Part shown: piece after piece, positions 60,953 to 64,000 of the stretch | Position numbering within the stretch: position 1 is the stretch's first letter | Layout: each line of letters opens with the position of its first letter | Assembly: GCA_964436545.1 (NCBI GenBank) | Contig: CAYTCJ010000003.1 | Location: 70,041-134,040 of the forward strand | Length of the DNA: 64,000 nucleotides | Source of the DNA: an uncultured Candidatus Saccharibacteria bacterium | GTDB taxonomy: Bacteria; Patescibacteriota; Doudnabacteria; UBA920 | Reading direction: 5' to 3' | Notes under the pieces: model-generated | Told to the model about the DNA's origin: nothing | Database searches by the model: none | What the model saw: the letters and a program-made list of their open reading frames with translations, nothing else | Made by a program: the position numbers and the translations under genes

Positions 60953-61987
60953 TTAGGGGTAGATATATCCGCGAATGGTTTTACTGCTGGTATTTAACCA
61001 GCGGTTATTGACCTTACCAAATTTTTCGTAATTCATTTCTGACAATAAAATTCGGCCATCTTCCACTTGTTCCACATAAGCTACGTGGCCATAGCGCGCG
61101 TTATCGGTAGTCACTACAATACTACCCACCACCGGAGTATGGCTAATGACAGCCCCAAAGCCTTTGGCATTGGCTAACCAGTTTTTGGCATTTCCGCCCC
61201 AAGGAACGTGGACTTTGGTGGCTACATACCAAGTGCAATAACCCCAAGGAAAAATATGTCCGGTGCCATTGTCCACATAGGCGGGTTTAACCGAGCCTTC
61301 GGGTTTAACCTTGCTCGGATCGCGAGGAGTTTTCTTTGTGGGTTTGGGAGCTTCGGGTAATTTCCCTCCCGGAATAATAACTAATTGGTCGGGTTCAATA
61401 TCTTCCGCACTTCCCAAACCATTGTAAGCAATAATGTTTTCCAAGTTACTCCCATATTTTTTTACCAAATCCGGCAAAGTGTCGTTGGGTTTGGCTTTGT
61501 GCAAAACTCCGTCGGTGGGGAGAATAATTAAATACCAACCGGGTTTAAGGGTATCGGAAGTGAGTTTATTAGCCATTTTAAGGGTATTGACCGAGATACC
61601 GTGTTGTTTGGCAATACTGGCTAAAGTATCGCCGGCTTGCGATTGGTAAACTTGAATTTGTTTGGCAATTAAACTTTGTAGAGTATCCGGAGTAGGTTGA
61701 ACTAAAAACATTTCGTCGTTTAAGCCGACCGGTTCTGCTTCTAATTCCACCTCAGTCAGGTAGGTAGAGGTTAGGCCAAAATCTTCCGCTTGAGCCAAAG
61801 GCACAAAATTTACATGGCTGGCAACCTTAGTGGTAATGGTGTTGTTTTTTTCGTTAAGTTTGCTATTTAACTGTGGATGATAACTTAGAAATTTAGCCGC
61901 ATAGCTTTTATCGACAAAATCTTCAGACCAATTAAACGCCCAAACACTGCTAATAATTACAGTAAGCGCTAAAATAAAAACCAACAA
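60953..61987 (-). CDS. peptidoglycan hydrolase: signal/TM + 2x LysM + C-terminal CHAP domain
   Basis: Two LysM motifs (QAGDTLASIAKQHGISVNTLKMANKL and PNDTLPDLVKKYGSNLENIIAYNG). CHAP motifs GYCTWYVATK...GHVAYVEQV provide the Cys and His. Confidence 0.85.
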   Translation of the reverse strand: MLVFILALTVIISSVWAFNWSEDFVDKSYAAKFLSYHPQLNSKLNEKNNTITTKVASHVNFVPLAQAEDFGLTSTYLTEVELEAEPVGLNDEMFLVQPTPDTLQSLIAKQIQVYQSQAGDTLASIAKQHGISVNTLKMANKLTSDTLKPGWYLIILPTDGVLHKAKPNDTLPDLVKKYGSNLENIIAYNGLGSAEDIEPDQLVIIPGGKLPEAPKPTKKTPRDPSKVKPEGSVKPAYVDNGTGHIFPWGYCTWYVATKVHVPWGGNAKNWLANAKGFGAVISHTPVVGSIVVTTDNARYGHVAYVEQVEDGRILLSEMNYEKFGKVNNRWLNTSSKTIRGYIYP

Positions 61988-62458
61988 CTCCGAAGAAAAC
62001 CTAAAGACATAATCGTAAGTATCTAAAGGTTTAATATGAGTAGCTGGAAAGGCGTTTAAATATATCCGTTTTAAACTGGGTAGGCGTTTTAAAAAACGGA
62101 ATATGGCTTTACGGGAGTAGTATTGAATTTTAAAGGCATTGACTCTAACAGATTTAAGCAGGAGAGTTTGCCAGTGTTTGAGAGTATTAATATGACTTAC
62201 TTTAGGCCAAATTCGAAGCTCTATGGAGGAATTGCTTGGTTTTTTTGGGAGCTTGAGGTTAAAAATAATTGGGATTATAGAGACTTCTGATTGGCTTAAT
62301 TATCAGCTTAAGTTCATCTAAATAAGTGTATCAGCCATTCGGGTAAGTTTCAAGAATTTAGTCCACAGTTTACCGCTTTTAACCTAATTTAAGGCAAAAT
62401 AAAAAAGATTTGGCTTAAGTAAGGCTAAATTTTGTTTTTTATTCGGAATAATATAAAT

Positions 62459-64000
62459 ATGGTAAGATTACCAAGTGTCTATAGATTTATGGATCTGACG
62501 AATTTAAACCCTAAACAACAAGAAGCGGTGAAGGCTCCCATGGGGCCGGTTTTGGTATTGGCTGGTCCGGGGAGTGGCAAAACTAAGACTTTAACCACTC
62601 GTATAGCTTACATTATAGAAAGCAAGTTGGTGCATCCGGCCAACATTTTGGCTTTAACCTTTACCAATAAAGCATCTAAAGAAATGCGTGAACGGGTGGG
62701 TAAATTGTTGGTGCGCATGCCGGGCGCGAGCGAGCATTTGACCATGGGAACGTTTCATTCGGTTTGTGCCAAAATTTTACGGAAAGAAATTACGCATTTG
62801 GGCTATCATGGGGATTTTATAATTTTTGACAGTCAGGATCAGCAGAAAGTTTTAAAAGAAATTTTGGAAGAATTACGCATCGATACCAAACGGTTGCCGG
62901 CCAGCTTATTTGGAGCCTTAATTTCTCGAGCCAAAAATTTATTGCAAATGCCCGCGGAATTGGATTTGGGCTTGGATTCGCCCTTAAGGGAAAAACTGCA
63001 AGAGGTGTATACTCGGTATCAAAACAGTTTGTTTCAGCAAAACGCTTTGGATTTTGACGATCTGATTATGCTCACGGTTAAACTGTGGGAAAATTTTCCT
63101 TCGGTTTTGGCCAAATACCAACAAAAGTTTTTATATGTGCTGGTCGATGAATACCAAGATACCAATAAGTCCCAATACACGCTTTTGGCTTATTTGGCTC
63201 AGCATCGGAATATTTTTGTGGTGGGCGATGATGCCCAGAGCATTTATAAGTTTAGAGGCAGTGACATTACCAATATTTTGAATTTTGAAAAAGATTATCC
63301 GGAGGCGAAAATTATTAAATTGGAACAAAATTATCGAAGCAGTAAAAATATTTTGGCAATTGCCCAAACCGTGATTGATATGAACACCGAGCAAAAGCCC
63401 AAAAAGCTATGGACCGAGAACGCGGAAGGGGAAAAAATTATTTTAACCTGCGAAGCGGATGAACAAGCGGAAAGCGAATTTGTAGCCAGAACCATTATTC
63501 AGTTAGCCTCGGGCGAAAAATCACCTGCCGGTGCTGAGGCATTAACTTACGAAACCGACTATGACCAAGCAGAAGTTAAAACTTATTCCATCTTGGATCG
63601 GTTCATTAAAGCTAAAAAACTCCAAGCGCAATTTGCTCGGGGCGCTGTGGGCGGTTTAGTGCCAACTTTACCCAAAAATCACGATTCGCTTAAGGAATAC
63701 TGTGTGCTATACCGGACGCATGCTCAAAGTCGGGCAGTGGAAGAGGCGTTTATTAAAGCCAGTATCCCGTACCAAATTATTGGGGGTTTAAAATTTTATG
63801 AAAGAAAAGAAATTAAGGATATGCTGGGTTATTTGCGATTGGTGATGAATTTTAAAGATTTGGTTTCGTTAAAACGAGTGATTAACGAACCGGCTCGGGG
63901 GATTGGGGAAAAGTCCTATGAGATAATTCGGGATTGCCTATTAAATTTTAAAATCAAATTTTCAAATGAAACAAATCAACAAATGATTACAAATCAATCA
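62459..64000 (+). CDS. UvrD/PcrA/Rep-family ATP-dependent DNA helicase, 3'-truncated by the window end
   Basis: GPVLVLAGPGSGKTKTLTTRIAY is Walker A (motif I). LALTFTNKASKEM is motif Ia. LVDEYQDTN is motif II. VVGDDAQSIYKFRGS is motif III. Confidence 0.9.
   Translation, partial: MVRLPSVYRFMDLTNLNPKQQEAVKAPMGPVLVLAGPGSGKTKTLTTRIAYIIESKLVHPANILALTFTNKASKEMRERVGKLLVRMPGASEHLTMGTFHSVCAKILRKEITHLGYHGDFIIFDSQDQQKVLKEILEELRIDTKRLPASLFGALISRAKNLLQMPAELDLGLDSPLREKLQEVYTRYQNSLFQQNALDFDDLIMLTVKLWENFPSVLAKYQQKFLYVLVDEYQDTNKSQYTLLAYLAQHRNIFVVGDDAQSIYKFRGSDITNILNFEKDYPEAKIIKLEQNYRSSKNILAIAQTVIDMNTEQKPKKLWTENAEGEKIILTCEADEQAESEFVARTIIQLASGEKSPAGAEALTYETDYDQAEVKTYSILDRFIKAKKLQAQFARGAVGGLVPTLPKNHDSLKEYCVLYRTHAQSRAVEEAFIKASIPYQIIGGLKFYERKEIKDMLGYLRLVMNFKDLVSLKRVINEPARGIGEKSYEIIRDCLLNFKIKFSNETNQQMITNQS

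Overview
The window is a low-GC (~40%) bacterial chromosome fragment. Several traits suggest an uncultivated small-genome lineage (CPR/Patescibacteria-like). This lineage call is inference only. The traits are giant surface proteins, one of which has an N-terminal helix-turn-helix; stand-alone GIY-YIG, GxxExxY and four-helix-bundle genes; weak Shine-Dalgarno usage; and aminoacyl-tRNA synthetases with insertions.

The left half (~1-33 kb) is an accessory mosaic. It holds a LysM surface protein, an inverted-repeat-flanked GxxExxY cassette, a DsbA-like oxidoreductase, and a ~2.2-kb GC-rich (~60%) island encoding an IPT/TIG-like secreted protein. It also holds a 2098-aa Cys-rich adhesin bracketed by hairpin elements of the form GGATTCCGG...CCGGAATGACA. 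Finally there is a 3839-aa giant protein with an N-terminal helix-turn-helix, one membrane span and a tail-fibre-like repeat body. That gene is bracketed by inverted arrays of a 9-bp tandem repeat. Next to it lie a four-helix-bundle gene and a winged-helix/Cas2-like gene.

The right half (33-64 kb) is housekeeping: rplT-rpmI-infC, an Nramp transporter, pyrC-carA-carB-pyrB, pgl, a cold-shock protein, tmRNA, smpB, argS, ileS, recO, alr, a LysM-CHAP hydrolase and a UvrD/PcrA helicase. Even here, carB and ileS carry in-frame repeat insertions, and a GIY-YIG mini-element with hairpin terminal repeats sits beside smpB. A 34-38-bp perfect palindrome occurs three times.

No CRISPR array, integrase, transposase or reverse transcriptase was seen. 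The best candidate for an undescribed system is the giant helix-turn-helix/fibre locus bracketed by the inverted 9-bp repeat arrays, together with the hairpin/GIY-YIG element family.
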